A stretch of 64,000 nt of DNA from Octopus sinensis (taxonomy: Eukaryota): contig NW_021833419.1 in assembly GCF_006345805.1 (NCBI RefSeq), forward strand, positions 11,560-75,559, written 5' to 3'. The position numbers were made by a program, and so were the translations under genes. The stretch's first letter is position 1. The number at the start of each line of letters is the position of its first letter. Below the pieces are notes generated by a model. It did no database searches and was not told where the DNA came from. It saw only the letters and a program-made list of their open reading frames with translations. This document shows, piece after piece, positions 1 to 12,870 of this stretch.

Positions 1-1406
1 CTGTGTGTCCAGGAGGCCTGTTGTTGATGCTGTCGGAATTATGGCCTGGATGTATAGATATGCGAGTCAGTGAAACCTCAAGTGTAGCCCTCCCGCTTGC
101 TCATGATTATTGTTCACCAAGAGAACATGGACGGCTTCACAGTTCTTTAAATGAAATGTTAGCTATCTTGGCTGAAAAACTGGCGAAAATATCACAAAAC
201 AAAAGAAAAATAGGAAAAGAAAAGACGAAATGAAGGCAAAAACAAAATGGCAACTTAAAATGGCGTTCCATGGCTGCTACCGATCAATATTTATCTCTCC
301 AACATCTTTCGGTCGGCTCTGCTTCACACTTTACAATTCAATCATTATTCTCGGTGACATTTCAGTTTAGTCATGCGCGAATAATGGTTCTCGAATGAAA
401 CCCTCGTAGTTTCGCTCTTTCCTTTTCTTTCTTGTTCTGTTAGTTTCTTTCACTCATTCCTTCTCCGTCTCTTCCCCCTTACCGCTCCCTCTCTCTCTCT
501 TCTCTCTTCCATTCTCTCTTTTCACACACATATATACATATACACATAATTTCTCTCTCTCTCTCTATCTTTCTTTCGTTTTTCCCCTTCTACATGGTGA
601 CGTAACCAGGTCCGTTATTGCTTCTTGTGTTTCTTGCCATCTAACCAGCACTCTTCACCGTTCCACGCCACACGGCGTCTGGAAAAATGTAGCTCTTTTG
701 CCGGCCGTTGTCACAGTGAGACACAGCGTACGCTTGTATTGACAGGTACGCAGAACTCGTTGTTGGAATGGGTGAAAATAGAACACGGAAGCCTAACAAA
801 CGAGGAAATTGAACGACAATTGTCGGTGTAAAGGAGAAAGTGGATTCTCCTTGAAATATTTCGTATTATTCTGCGCATAAAACACACAAAAGTCGATCTA
901 ACAACGCCAGTCAACCGTCCAATCAACTTAGCAGACATTACAGCTTTAAAAACAAAATAACAACAAAAACAACCGCAATAATAATAATGATGATAATAAT
1001 AATAATAATAATAACAATAATAATAATAATAATAACGGATTTTTCATTGTTTTTGTTTTTATTTCAATCGCCAAAAAATATTCATCCATGAAAATCTAAT
1101 TTACATGGGTTTGTGTGTGTGTGCGCGCGTGTGTATGTATGTGTGCGTGCGTGCGTGTGTGTGTACGTGTGTTCTGTGTGTAAGTGAAAGCGAGCGAGCG
1201 AGTGAGAAAGAAAAAGAGAGAGAAGGAAAGGAAGAGAGAGAGAGATATAATGTGTGTACGTGTGCATGTGTATCTAACTCCAAGTGTAGGTGTGCATATC
1301 TTCGTGGAAGAGAGAGAGAGAGAGAGAGAGAGAGTGAATGAAAGAGGGAGAGAAAATGTAACTATATGTATGTAGGCAGATATGTGGTGTCGTTTGTGTG
1401 TGTGCT

Positions 1407-1472
<66 letters not shown>

Positions 1473-1914
1473 GTTCGTGCGCTTGCTTTCTTTGTAGTCT
1501 TGTAGAAGAAACAATTCATAATAAAAAGCTGAAATACCATTTGTAACAACAAAGCTTTCTTCTAAACACTCAAAGAAACATTTTCAGCTTGTCTGCCTAA
1601 CTTCTACTTTGTTGGGTTTGGTGGTTTTTCCTTCCTTCTTTTAGTCAACCACAACATCTCGATTGGTTTCATATCCGGTCGTCATCGGGTGCTTTTTTTA
1701 TAATAAAGCACCTATCCGCATCTAGGGATTGAACTCACAAGGATTTTTCGACTACGACGTTTCAAGTCCTTTCTTCAGCAGACTACGACAAAATACCTGT
1801 ACACTTAAGGCAAGTTTAAGAGGACAACCGATGACAAGCACAAACTAAACTGCTCACAACATGAATTTTATTTTCGCTGAAAGAAAATATTAAAATCTGT
1901 CGTAAACTATCTGA

Positions 1915-2206
1915 GAATCTTTACCTTTTGACCGGCAGATTTACAAAATATTTTTTTGTAATTAAACACTTTCAAACTTCGTATACTGGTAGAATGTGTC
2001 ATATAAAACAACTTTTACTCTTAGCATTTTTGAGAAAAGTTTATATATTAAGAAGAGTAAACGTTTATATTTACAAAGAATAATATAAACTTTACGCTAT
2101 GAGTAAAAGATGTTTTATATGACACATTCTACCAGTATACGAAGTTTGAAAGTGTTTAGTTACAAAAAATTATTTTCTAAGTCTGCCGGTCAAAATCTAA
2201 AGATCC
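1915..2206. mobile_element. Foldback MITE with GGATC-type termini and 8-bp TSD
   Basis: Long imperfect inverted arms (about 100 bp, e.g. aaacttcgtatactggtagaatgtgtcatataaaaca / tgttttatatgacacattctaccagtatacgaagttt). TSD ctatctga at 1907-1914 and 2207-2214. Confidence 0.85.
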
Positions 2207-2936
2207 CTATCTGATAATATCTTTTGTATCAATTGTTGGCGACTTAATAATGCTTTCCACAAATAAAAGTAATATTTTATCGAGTGATGATATGAGATAA
2301 CAGGTTAAAACATTGCGCACACTTGTATGTGTATTGCAACAGGGTTTCATAAAACCACGTTGGTGAAGTATGAAGATTCTACTTCAGGAGTGGACTGCGT
2401 TAGAAGTTTAATAAAGAACAGTTTCATTATACGGAGATAGGAAACGTATAGTACAGCCAAGTATTGTATAGGAAGGATAAATCAAGTAAGATTGTATGAT
2501 AATCAGAAGATATCATGCGTAAATCTGGTAAGAAAAAATCTGGCAATAATTTTGTATTTTCTGTTAACACTAAAAGTTGAAATGAATTAGTTTATGAGGT
2601 GTACTTTAAACAATATCATCCAAAACTATAGAAAATATCCACCTCTATATAGCGACATTAAAGTTGAAATCCAAAATATAGTAACAAAATTAAAACCATA
2701 CCAAAATATAGAATTTTAAGCCAGGCGTGAAGCATATATTACGTAAAACAATCACAAAGGGAGCTCTAGTTTTAATCCAGAATTTAGATTAATTAACCCA
2801 GTTTATAGCAAAATTGAATTAATCAATAAATAGGTTTTAAATAAACCTATTCAACCAGTTTCAAACAATGGGGTCATTTCAATGTTGTATTTGTTGGATC
2901 AACGACATTACTAATGACAGTTAAGGTTGAGTTTTC

Positions 2937-3365
2937 GGATCTTTTCGGTTTGAACGGCAGTTTTTTCTAGCGGTGTCATATGAAATTGTCACCCATAATT
3001 ATGACCCTAGTATCGATCTATTGCATTTCAATCTGTTTTTGGGTTAGGGTTAGTTAGGGTTAGGGGTGGGGGAAGGGTATCTTTTTTTTCTTCACAAATG
3101 TAAATAAACCCAATCTGTTTCTCAAACGAGGGACATATTCATACGGCACAGAATGTTTTTTTTACCTCAATAGACGTAATTGATTGGTTGAAATTGCAGA
3201 AATTGAAGAAAAAAAACAACAAATATCTTAGAAACTATAGAATGTTCTCAATAAAGCCAAGAGAAAAAGATGTTTTATAAACACATTCTACCAGTATACG
3301 AAGTTTAAAATTTTTTAGTTACCTAGAAATTATGTTAAAAACTGCCGTTCAAACCGAAAAGATCC
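2937..3365 (+). mobile_element. ~430-bp MITE with 28-bp TIRs (ggatcttttcggtttgaacggcagtttt)
   Basis: TIRs at both ends, internal gggtta repeats; three more copies in the window. No TSD visible for this copy. Confidence 0.9.
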
Positions 3366-4079
3366 CCTAATGGTTCCAAGATTTGCAGCTTATATATCGC
3401 AGAGTTTTTATAATTTATTTTAGGTAAACTCAAAATCTTTAATAATTATAAGAGGTCTGAAATATTTTTCAAATGTAGACATTTTAACGATCTTCTTTTA
3501 ACTAACTTTAGTTGAAGAATGGAAACCAGTCCGTGCTAAAGATTTGGCTGGCACTGGTATAGTATATAGAATTTTTACATTCTTCCGTTCATATTTCTGC
3601 CTATGTATCCTTCAACAAACAATGGATCTATAAATTTTCGTCGCTTTCCATATTGCGACGAAAATTAAATTTTATGCATGGTAATACAATACATTGAATA
3701 ATTTTTTTTTTACCTTTTTAATACAAGAGGTAAATATTTCTATAATATATCTGTACATATGAAAATAAGATACAAAATTGTTTTCATATAACAAACGTTA
3801 CAATATAACAGTTTTACTGTAAAAAATATTAGTGTATGTTTTCACACGGTGAGATTAACACTCTGAAAAGAAAGAGAGAAAATCATATTTTACTGAAAAG
3901 TTTCCGATCAGAAAGAAAGTTTTTATATAAAAGCTGTTTTACTGAATAAAGTTTAGTGTATGTTATAACCAAAAAATATAATGCAGGAAAAGGAAATCAC
4001 ATTTTACAATCCGGTTTCACAATCGTTCAACTTAGTAAAGTTTAAAGTATGTTCTTTAATGCATTTCACGTGGGTTAGA

Positions 4080-4465
4080 TCTCTCTATATATAAAGCTGA
4101 AGTTGTCTGTGTCTGGAAGCCTTCAACTAACACTATCTCCTCCGAGACCCTGCGACGCAAGTTGACCAAAATTGAGAGTATGATAAAAGAAGGCTTGCTC
4201 TTTCATTCCGTAGAAGAAAAAATTCAAATCGGACCATGTTAACACCAAAAATTATTTACATCAAAAAGGTGCTTTTTTTTCTATGAAAATCCCTATTTCT
4301 TTACGATTTTTTGACTGCTTTATCGCCATTTTTGGGTGTATTTCAACCAGGAAAATGTTCACTTAAAGAGAATATCAAGCTACATAATGGAAAATTTTTA
4401 CTTTTCAAAAATTCCAATTCTAAAGGGTCGAAACAAACCCGAGCAACGCCGGGCGATACTGCTAG
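4080..4465 (+). mobile_element. Non-autonomous Helitron
   Basis: Sits between A and T. 5' TC (a|tctctctatatataaag), subterminal hairpin cccg-agcaacgc-cggg, 3' CTAG|t. Confidence 0.8.
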
Positions 4466-4835
4466 TATTAATATAACCATGTCGCTTATGTAACTTCCAA
4501 GACAAAGAACGCAACCGTCTGTGTGTCTCATGCCACTTGTATTCTTTTGATAAGGGCATATACGGTTAATATTTTCTGAAAGTAATATTTCTACTTACAC
4601 AGAACAAAATAGGACATTTCTGTTTTTATATAAAGAAAAAAGGACTTTTTTTCCAGAGAAAATGTCTCCTCAGTGTTTTTTATTTATGTTATTGATGTTG
4701 TTATTGGTGTTTGTATGATCGATGCCCTTATTGCTCAGTCCAAATCCATTGAAATGAGGCAGTAAACCTGTCTTAAGTTTCTAATTCTAGTAACTTCAAT
4801 CCATATATGTATTCAAAGTGTGCATATATATATAC

Positions 4836-4950
4836 CATCATCATCATTATCATAGTTTAACGTCCTCCCTCCATGCTGGCATGGGTTGGACGGTTTGACA
4901 GGAACTGGCCAGGCAGGAGCCTGCGCCATGCTTCTCTGTCTGTTTTGGCA
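4836..4950 (-). mobile_element. RTE-like LINE/SINE 3' end with (GAT)n tail
   Basis: catcatcatc...tttaacgtcc...ccatgctggcatgggttggacgg; resembles RTE-type tails. Related tail near 17330-17435. Confidence 0.45.
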
Positions 4951-5049
4951 TGGTTTATACACACACACACACACATGCACATATATATGTATGTGTGTAT
5001 GTATATATGCATAAATGTGTGCGTGTATGTATGTATATATGTGTGTAAA

Positions 5050-5226
5050 ATGCGGGACACCAAGTCCATCGCAGCGTTACTCATTTTTGCCAGCTGAGTG
5101 GACTGGAGCAACGTGAAATGAAGTGTTTTGCTCAAGAACATAACGCGTCACCTGGTCCAGGAATCGAAACCACAATCTTACGATCATGGTGCTGACACCC
5201 TAACCTCTAAGCTACGCGCCTCCACT
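5050..5226 (-). mobile_element. tRNA-headed CORE-type SINE (third family), 5' part
   Basis: Minus strand: A-box-like ggcgcgtagcttagagg, B-box ggtttcgattcc, then CORE-like gttcttgagcaaaacacttcat. Confidence 0.6.
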
Positions 5227-5265
5227 ATACATACATACATACATACATACATACTACTACATACA

Positions 5266-5318
<53 letters not shown>

Positions 5319-5329
5319 CAATATATAAA

Positions 5330-5575
5330 CTCACAAGACTGCAGATGTCTGCATTGTCATGTGATCCCATCGTTATATCAAACAAGTCATCTGTATCTGA
5401 TTTTTTAACCCATCTTGAGCCCTTACTAAATAGAAAAGTTTCTCTCGCATTCATGATAAAGTCCAGGACTATTTGCTGTATATCAACATACGTTTTCGCA
5501 AACTCAATCGCCTTATCAAGCAACAATCTCGATATCAAGGGATAAAAATCTACAAAGTCAATTTACGTAAATCCA
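5330..5575 (-). pseudogene. Penelope-like reverse transcriptase fragment
   Basis: Peptide [10 protein letters not shown]...[13 protein letters not shown]...LFDITMGSHDNADICSLVSLYI matches the PLE RT motif pattern FDVTMGSxDGAEICELVGLYI. Confidence 0.75.
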
Positions 5576-5587
5576 GCTCTGTTCTTA

Positions 5588-5635
<48 letters not shown>

Positions 5636-5814
5636 TATATACATACATTATTACATATACATATATACATACATATATACACATATACATATATACACTA
5701 ACATATACACATACATATATACGTATACACATATACATATATATATACATATATATACATATATATACATATATATATACATATATATACATATATATAT
5801 ACATACATATATAT

Positions 5815-5855
<41 letters not shown>

Positions 5856-5884
5856 TATATATATATAGATAGATAGATAGATAT

Positions 5885-6210
5885 GGTTCTTTATTAGCCA
5901 CACAGGGCTGCACACAGATAGAACAAATTACAAGGTAGAGCTTTTCTTTTGAAGGTTTAAAAAGAAAAAAAGAAAAAAAAAAGGAAGGGAGAGTTTCGAT
6001 CAAAAGGGATCGTAAAAGGAGAGAAAGAGGACAAAAAAAAGGGGAGTTAAAAAAAAGGGGGAGAGGAAAAAAAAAAAATTGATCAATAGGGATCGTTATC
6101 ACAGACATGTCAATATGAAGTGTAAAGGGGAGGACAGGTGAGGTTTACCCGTGGAAAGAAAAGCCTACGGAAAAGACCACGGTAACCTCGGTCAATGGAG
6201 TCACATGTTA
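5885..6210 (-). mobile_element. 3' UTR and tail of a Tx1-like LINE or related SINE
   Basis: Tail ctttattagccacacagggctg resembles the Tx1 tail at 32163-32185; pyrimidine-rich UTR on the sense strand. Confidence 0.45.
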
Positions 6211-6476
6211 TATTTCGTTTTTTTTTTTTTTTTTTGCAAATAAGCAACTCTCTGTTTTCAATTTCTGGGTTCATAGATAGATAGATAGATAGATAGATAC
6301 GTGCATACATACATGCACACCATCACACATGTATACATGTACACTCATACGTACACGGTTGCTCCAGCATACACGTATTGTCAATGATAGACACAAATGC
6401 ATCAACATAAGCATAGATATACGTACGTGTGCGGTTGTGCATACATATGAGAACAAGACGACCAAAGAGAAAGAAG

Positions 6477-6507
<31 letters not shown>

Positions 6508-6670
6508 TAAGAACGTGAAGGGAAGAGAGAGAGAGAGAAAGATGGGGAGAAAGAGAGAGAAATAAAAAGTGAGAAATGCCAAAACACAGACGGACAGAGA
6601 TGGAAGACTTCGTGTTGAAAGAATACACAGAAATGGATTGAGTGGAACGTTACAAGATAATAGGCTTTCT

Positions 6671-6689
6671 GCAGCGCCCCCTGGAGGCT
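6671..6689 (-). promoter_or_regulatory. CTCF-like binding motif
   Basis: Minus strand AGCCTCCAGGGGGCGCTGC versus consensus TGGCCACCAGGGGGCGCTA; lies in a short non-repetitive island. Confidence 0.55.
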
Positions 6690-7141
6690 GGCAACATAAA
6701 TTACTTGCAAGTGTTGGTGTAAATAGATCACTGTTAATCTGTACTGACAGGTTATGTGTGTGTGGTATTTGTTTGGATGTATGTGTGTGCATGCAAATGT
6801 GGAGTGTGTGTGTGTGTTTATATATATTTATGTATATACATATCCATGCATACACACAGAAATATATATATAAATATATATATACTTATATGTATATATA
6901 TAATTATATAATTACATACATATGCATATCCGTCAATCTATTTGTATATCTATTTACTTGTCCCTATCTCTTCCTCCCCGCTCTCTGTCTGTCTATCTAT
7001 CTATCTATATATATATATACACACACAAACATATATCCATTTGTATATATATAATTATTATATATACACACACATACATACATACATATATATATATTAT
7101 ATATATATATATATATACATGCATACATACATACATATACA

Positions 7142-7176
<35 letters not shown>

Positions 7177-7368
7177 TCTTTATTCTTTTATTTGTTTCAG
7201 TCATTTGACTGCGGCCATGCTGGAGCACCGCCTTTAGTCGAGCAAATCGACCCCGGGACATATTCTTTGTAAGCCCAGTACTTACTCTATCGGTCTCTTT
7301 TGCCGAATTCTAAGTGACGGGGACGTAAACACACCAGCATCGGTTGTCAAGCAATGCTAGGGGGACAA

Positions 7369-7399
<31 letters not shown>

Positions 7400-7570
7400 C
7401 ACATATACGACAGGCTTCTTTCGTTTCCGCCACCAAATCCACCTCACAAGGCATTGGTCGGCTCGGGGCTATAGCAGAAGACACTTGCCCAAGATGCCAC
7501 GCAGTGGGACTGAACCCGGAACCATGTGGTTTGTTAGCAAGCTACTTACCACACAGCCACTCCTGCGCCT
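7177..7570 (-). mobile_element. SINE-A (tRNA head, CORE-like domain, internal TA/TG microsatellite, gtaaaaga tail)
   Basis: Head gtggctgtgtggtaagtagc...gggttcagtccc; CORE-like cttgggcaagtgtcttct; tail gactgaaacaa(g/a)taaaaga. Confidence 0.9.
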
Positions 7571-7576
7571 ATATAT

Positions 7577-7648
<72 letters not shown>

Positions 7649-8090
7649 CATGCTTGTATGTATATATATGTATGTATGTTGTTAAACTTCCATTAACAGC
7701 ACCGTATGCAGGTCCTTTCCGTTTTCTTTCATGCATGGATAAATTTTTCACTATAGACCTTAATGTTTGTAAAGACACTATATCAGTGGATAGACTAAAA
7801 ACGGTCCTGTTCCCGCTGTCCCTGTTCCCACTGCAGACGACACACACATAGCATTACAAACACACCCCTCACACCCACCTTCACATTCCATGACTACCTT
7901 TGGGATCCATCAGGTACTGGACAAGGATTCTGGATTATTTTCAGCTTTTTTGTTTACTTAATTTTTGAGAGCAGTCGGGTTCATTTTAGTCTATTTCAGA
8001 TATTCTCATTTTAAAAATCATCTCTGGCTAATCATTGAGAGGACGTTGGTGTTGCCTTGGCGGCGGTTTGCGCTCCCTGAGTGCTCTTGA

Positions 8091-8121
<31 letters not shown>

Positions 8122-8130
8122 GATAATAAT

Positions 8131-8587
8131 ATTATTGAGTGAGAGAGCAGTGAATGCCATCAAAGAGACACAGGGGTAAAATATACGAACCCCAGTATAC
8201 CCATCATGACTACTTGTCTAATAAGGGTACACTAGGCACATGCATCACAACCATATGTGCGCAATATGGTGATCTCATATCAAGATAAACAGCACATGAC
8301 CTTGAAGGTGGGGCCCAGTTAGAATTTTCTTCTGGTCGAGTAACTCATCCCGCTCAAAAGGTCCCTGAATAACGGTTGTTTAAGGATGTTGAACAAAACA
8401 CCCATGTTTCCAGAGGTGAATTATTCAAACCCCCAAGAATCCCTCTCAACACATGACTATGATGCTCCCTCCACTATTTCTACCCATGAACATATTGTCA
8501 GCCACTAAGGGACATGGTCAACTGATTAAGGTAAAACAACTGACAAGCAAATCTGTGGTATCGAGCAGAATATTTGCTGTAGCCCAT
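8131..8587 (-). mobile_element. 5'-truncated LINE 3' UTR with (AAT)n tail, probably R4/Dong type
   Basis: High similarity to 37914-38485 in opposite orientation; flanked on both sides by (ATT)n. Clade assignment is inferred. Confidence 0.7.
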
Positions 8588-8614
8588 TATTATTATTATT
8601 ATTATTTTCCAACT

Positions 8615-8720
8615 GTTTACGTTCTGAGTTCATATTCCGTCGAGGTCGACTTTGCTTTTCAGCCTTCTGGGGTCGAAAAAATAAGAACCAATTGAGCTGA
8701 GGGGTCAATGTGATTGTCTA
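8615..8720 (+). mobile_element. SINE-B fragment (diverged)
   Basis: gagttcatattcc B-box followed by gtcgactttgcttttcagccttctggggtcga central domain. Confidence 0.75.
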
Positions 8721-9644
8721 GCTCCTTCTCTCCAAATTTCAATCCCTGTACCTATTGAACAGATAGGGTTATCATTGCTATCGGATTTTGCCTTGACAAG
8801 ACACTTTTCTCAAGGCTGTCGTTCTGCATTACGGTTTGAAATTTTATCTTTCAAAACTGAGTGATTTTTTTCTAAACCAATTCGATGGAATTAATTCAGA
8901 GAGAGGTGAGAAGTTTCTTCTCAGTTTTTTTTTTCATACTGTATTTAGACGAGAAAAAAAAAGACATTTTGAAGATTTATTCTTTACTAGCTGACATTCA
9001 TGATAAAATGTCGGCCAGACACGCCCCCCACCCATGAACAACAAACATTTGCAAAGAAAAGAGAGAAAAATACGAACAAAAACATGAACAATAATTGTCT
9101 AAAAGAAAGTATTAAGATTCAGGAAGAAAAAAAATTAATGATGTATCTGATGTTTCTAACACAAATGAGAGCGATTTTGACAATTCACTCAACAACAACA
9201 ACGACAACACGTAGCTTTCTTCACACACCTTTACAAATATCACGTAAAATAAAGAAATTTTTAGACATAAACAAAGCTCAGTCAGAAAAACAACTTACGG
9301 TCGAGGTGCGTCACAAACAAATCTGTCTCGTTGTTAGAAGAATCCAACATCTGACAAAGACAAAGTCGACATATCTCTGATGCTCTAAATCAGAAGGCAG
9401 CAGTTTAGTTTGTCTTCTGAAGACGATCTGAAGAAGGCCTCGAGCGACCGACCTATGGTAAAAACTGGAAACATGTCTCGATGCAGGTTTCCAATTACAT
9501 AACCGGCACTCCGTCGGTTACGACGACGAGGGTCCCAGCTGATACGATCAACGGAACAGCCTATTCGTGAAATTAACGCGCAAGTGACTGAGTACTCCGC
9601 AGACACGTGTACCCTTAACGTTGTTCACGGGGAGATTCAGCGTG

Positions 9645-9826
9645 ACGCTGGCAGAAACGTTAGCACGCCGGGCAAAATGCGTAGCCGTATTTCGTCTGCC
9701 GTTACGCTCTGAGTTCAAATTCCGCCGAGGTCGACTTTGCCTTTCATCCTTTCGGGGTCGATAAATTAAGTACCAGTTGCGCACTGGGGTCGATATAATC
9801 GACTTAATCCGTTTGTCTGTCCTTGT
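9645..9826 (+). mobile_element. SINE-B (tRNA head plus conserved central domain, Meta/Deu-type)
   Basis: tggcagaaacgttagc A-box, gagttcaaattcc B-box, gcctttcatcctttcggggtcgataaattaagtaccag core; 3' truncated. Confidence 0.85.
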
Positions 9827-10007
9827 TATGGATAATTTTTCTGTTGGAATTGTTGAATGTTTATTGTTGAATATTTTCGAACTGTTGAACATTGTCGAAC
9901 TTTTAAACTTTGAAAACTTTTGTGCTTTTTCCCGTTGACGGGAGAAAGTAATTGTTTGTGTAAAACCATATTGGCAGTTGTGAATTGTTGAAATATTGAA
10001 CTTGTTA

Positions 10008-10440
10008 AAGCCGTTGTAGGCTTTGTGGTTGTGCCCGCCCCTCCGGGGGTGGGATTTGAACTGTTATCCTCATTAAGAGGAAAAAAATATTATAGGTTTC
10101 CCGTTTTTTGGGATAATCAATTTATTATTGCGTGAAAAATTTAAATGCTAGCCGTTGTAGGCTCTGTTGTGGCACTCGTCCCTAGCAGGGGTGAGATTTG
10201 AACTGTTGTCCTCGCTGTGAGGAAAAAAAATATTATAGGTTTCCCGTTTTGGGGATACTGCATTTTTATTACTGTGTGAAAAATTTAATTTCGAACGTTG
10301 TAGGCTTTGTTGCTACGTCTCGCCACAGAGCGGGGGTGGGATTTGAACTGTTGTCCTCGTTGAGAGGAATAAAAAAGTCAAAAATTATAGGTTTCCCATT
10401 TCTGGAATTAAATTGTGTATAAATTTATTTCGAACGAATA
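10008..10440. repeat. Three diverged ~143-bp tandem units
   Basis: cgttgtaggct...gggatttgaactgtt...cctcNNNNNgagg...ttataggtttccc recurs with periods of 142 and 145 bp. Confidence 0.85.
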
Positions 10441-10653
10441 TGTCGGTCGAAATAATTCAAGAAACTAACCAGCTGCATATTCCAGCAAAAAAGTTCGCGG
10501 CTGTAGCCGCTGTTTCGTGTAAAAATGTAGTAATAGAAACGGAGAAGCTCTGCGAGCTTTTTGAGAGAATGAAAGAGGAGGGTGGGGATATAAAGATCTC
10601 ACCCTCCCCTTCTGTTGAAAATATGAAGAGAAGGACAGTGGTTTACAAAACGT

Positions 10654-11065
10654 GGATCTTTTCGGTTTGAACGGCAGTTTTTTCTAGCGGTGTCATATGA
10701 AATTGTCACCCATAATTATGACCCTAGTATCGATCTATTGCATTTCAATCTGTTTTTGGGTTAGGGGTGGGGGAAAGGGTATCTTTTTTTCTTCACAAAT
10801 GTAAATAAACCCAATCTGTTTCTTAAAAGAGGGACATATTCATACGGCACAGAATGTTTTTTTTACCTCAATAGACGTAATTGATTGGTTGAAATTGCAG
10901 AAATTAAAGAAAAAAACAACAAATATGTTACAAAATACAGAATTTTCTCAAGAAAGCCAAGAGAAAAAGATGTTTTATAAACACATTCTACCAGTATACA
11001 AAGTTTAAAATGTTTTAGTTACCTGGAAATTATGTTAAAAACCGCCGTTGAAACCGAAAAGATCC
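10654..11065 (+). mobile_element. GGATC-TIR MITE copy
   Basis: Same family as 2937-3365; flanks caaaacgt / aaaaacgt (7/8 TSD). Confidence 0.9.
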
Positions 11066-11393
11066 AAAAACGTACTGTCCTTCATCGAAAGAATTTAAGT
11101 ACTTCGAAAAGTGCGAAATAGAAAAATTCCTGGCCCCTATATGGAAAGATATAAAATATATAGCGAGGGGCCGGGCATATGGAACAATAGAGATTTGAGA
11201 TGGCCGAAAAAGCCCAAGAGCACCCAGTGAGTTCCCTGAAAACTATCAAATGGAAAGAGCCAAAGTGTTTCAAACCACTGTACTCGCTTAATACCCCAAG
11301 TGCATGTGGGATGGGGCGAGGGGTGTGGGGTAGTAGTGTTATTATTTTAAGTCATATTTCCACGCAGGTGGTGGGAGGGGGAAGGCTTGGAGC

Positions 11394-11816
11394 GGATCTT
11401 TTCGGTTTGAACGGCAGTATTTAACATAATTTCTAGGTAACTAAAAAATGTTAAACTTCGTATACTGGTAGAATGTGTTTATAAAACATCTTTTTCTCTT
11501 GGCTTTATTGAGAAAATTCTATGGTTTGTAAGATATTTGGTCTTTAATTTCTTGCATTTCGGCAATTTCAACCAATCAATGGCCGTCTATTGAGGTGAAA
11601 ACATTCTGTGCCGTATGAATATGTCCCTCGTTTAAGAAACAGATTGGGTTTATTTACATTTGTGAAGAAAAAAAAGAGACCCTTCCCCCACCCCTAACCC
11701 TAACCTTAACCCTAAAACAGATTGAAATGCAATAGATCGATACTAGGGTCATAATTATGGGTGACAATTTCATATGACACCGCTAGAAAAAACTGCCGTT
11801 CAAATCGAAAAGTTCC
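11394..11816 (-). mobile_element. GGATC-TIR MITE copy (inverted)
   Basis: Reverse complement of 2937-3365; (c)ttggagc duplicated at both flanks. Confidence 0.9.
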
Positions 11817-12094
11817 TTGGAGCCGACTTAAATTGTCAGCAAAGAGCCAATAACGAAGCGTCTTCACTTATAGCGTGGGCTGCTTCAAATAACAGTCAAT
11901 TCTCCCTCACAAATCCGACTTTATATGTCGACTTTATATGCTGGATTATCTCGTTAATTTTCTATGTATAAAAAACAAACAGACGGGATGGGCATGGCTG
12001 GGACATCTGTGGTGAATAGTCTGCCGGATAGGAGCTGACTTAGGGTTGAACAGTATCGACAACAATAGCAAGAAAAATAATTGAATCTACAAGA

Positions 12095-12870
12095 ACAGCA
12101 ACAGCAACCACCACCACCACTACAACAACAACAACAACCACCACCACCACTACAACAACAACCACCACCACTACAACAATAGCAACAACCACCACTACTA
12201 CAACAACAGCAACAACCACCACCATCACCACTACAACAGCAACAACCACCACCATCACCACTACAACAACCACCACCACCACCACCATCACCACTACAAC
12301 AACAACCACCACCACTACAACAACAGCAACAACCACCACCATCACCACTACAACAGCAACCACCACCACTACAACAACAGCAAAAACCACCGCCACCACC
12401 ACTACAACAACAACAACAACCACCACCACCACTACAACAATAGCAACAACCACCACTACTACAACAACAGCAACAACAGCCACCATCACCACTACAACAA
12501 CAACAACCACCACCATCACCACTACAACAACCACCACCACCACTACAACAACAACAACAACCACCACCATCACCACTACAACAACAACCACCACCACTAC
12601 AACAATAGCAACAACCACCACCATCACCACTACAACAGCAACAACCACCACCATCACCACTACAACAACAACCACCACCACTACAACAACAGCAACAACC
12701 ACCACCATCACCACTACAACAACAACCACCACCACTACAACAATAGCAACAACCACCACCATCACCACTACAACAGCAACAACCACCACCATCACCACTA
12801 CAACAACAACCACCACCACTACAACAATAGCAACAACCACCACCATCACCACTACAACAACAACAACTGC
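12095..12870. repeat. Compound trinucleotide repeat (AAC/CAC/TAC/AGC) with higher-order units
   Basis: Recurrent ~27-36 bp modules such as accaccaccatcaccactacaacaacaa; reads as poly-Val on minus and poly-Thr on plus. Confidence 0.9.

Noticed and set aside
711-938. 75-aa minus-strand ORF as a host gene
   Set aside because: No recognisable domain or coding signature; more likely UTR or non-coding sequence.
1745-1790. Hammerhead-like CTGAAGA...GAAACGTC on the minus strand
   Set aside because: Core and stem III are present, but the flanks are direct repeats and stem I cannot form.
2240-2900. Possible decayed PLE endonuclease remnant
   Set aside because: The peptide similarity is too fragmentary to support.
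3041-3072. Interstitial telomere
   Set aside because: The few gggtta units are an internal part of the MITE and recur in its other copies.
9645-9725. tRNA genes
   Set aside because: The A/B boxes belong to SINE heads and continue into SINE bodies; no cloverleaf forms.
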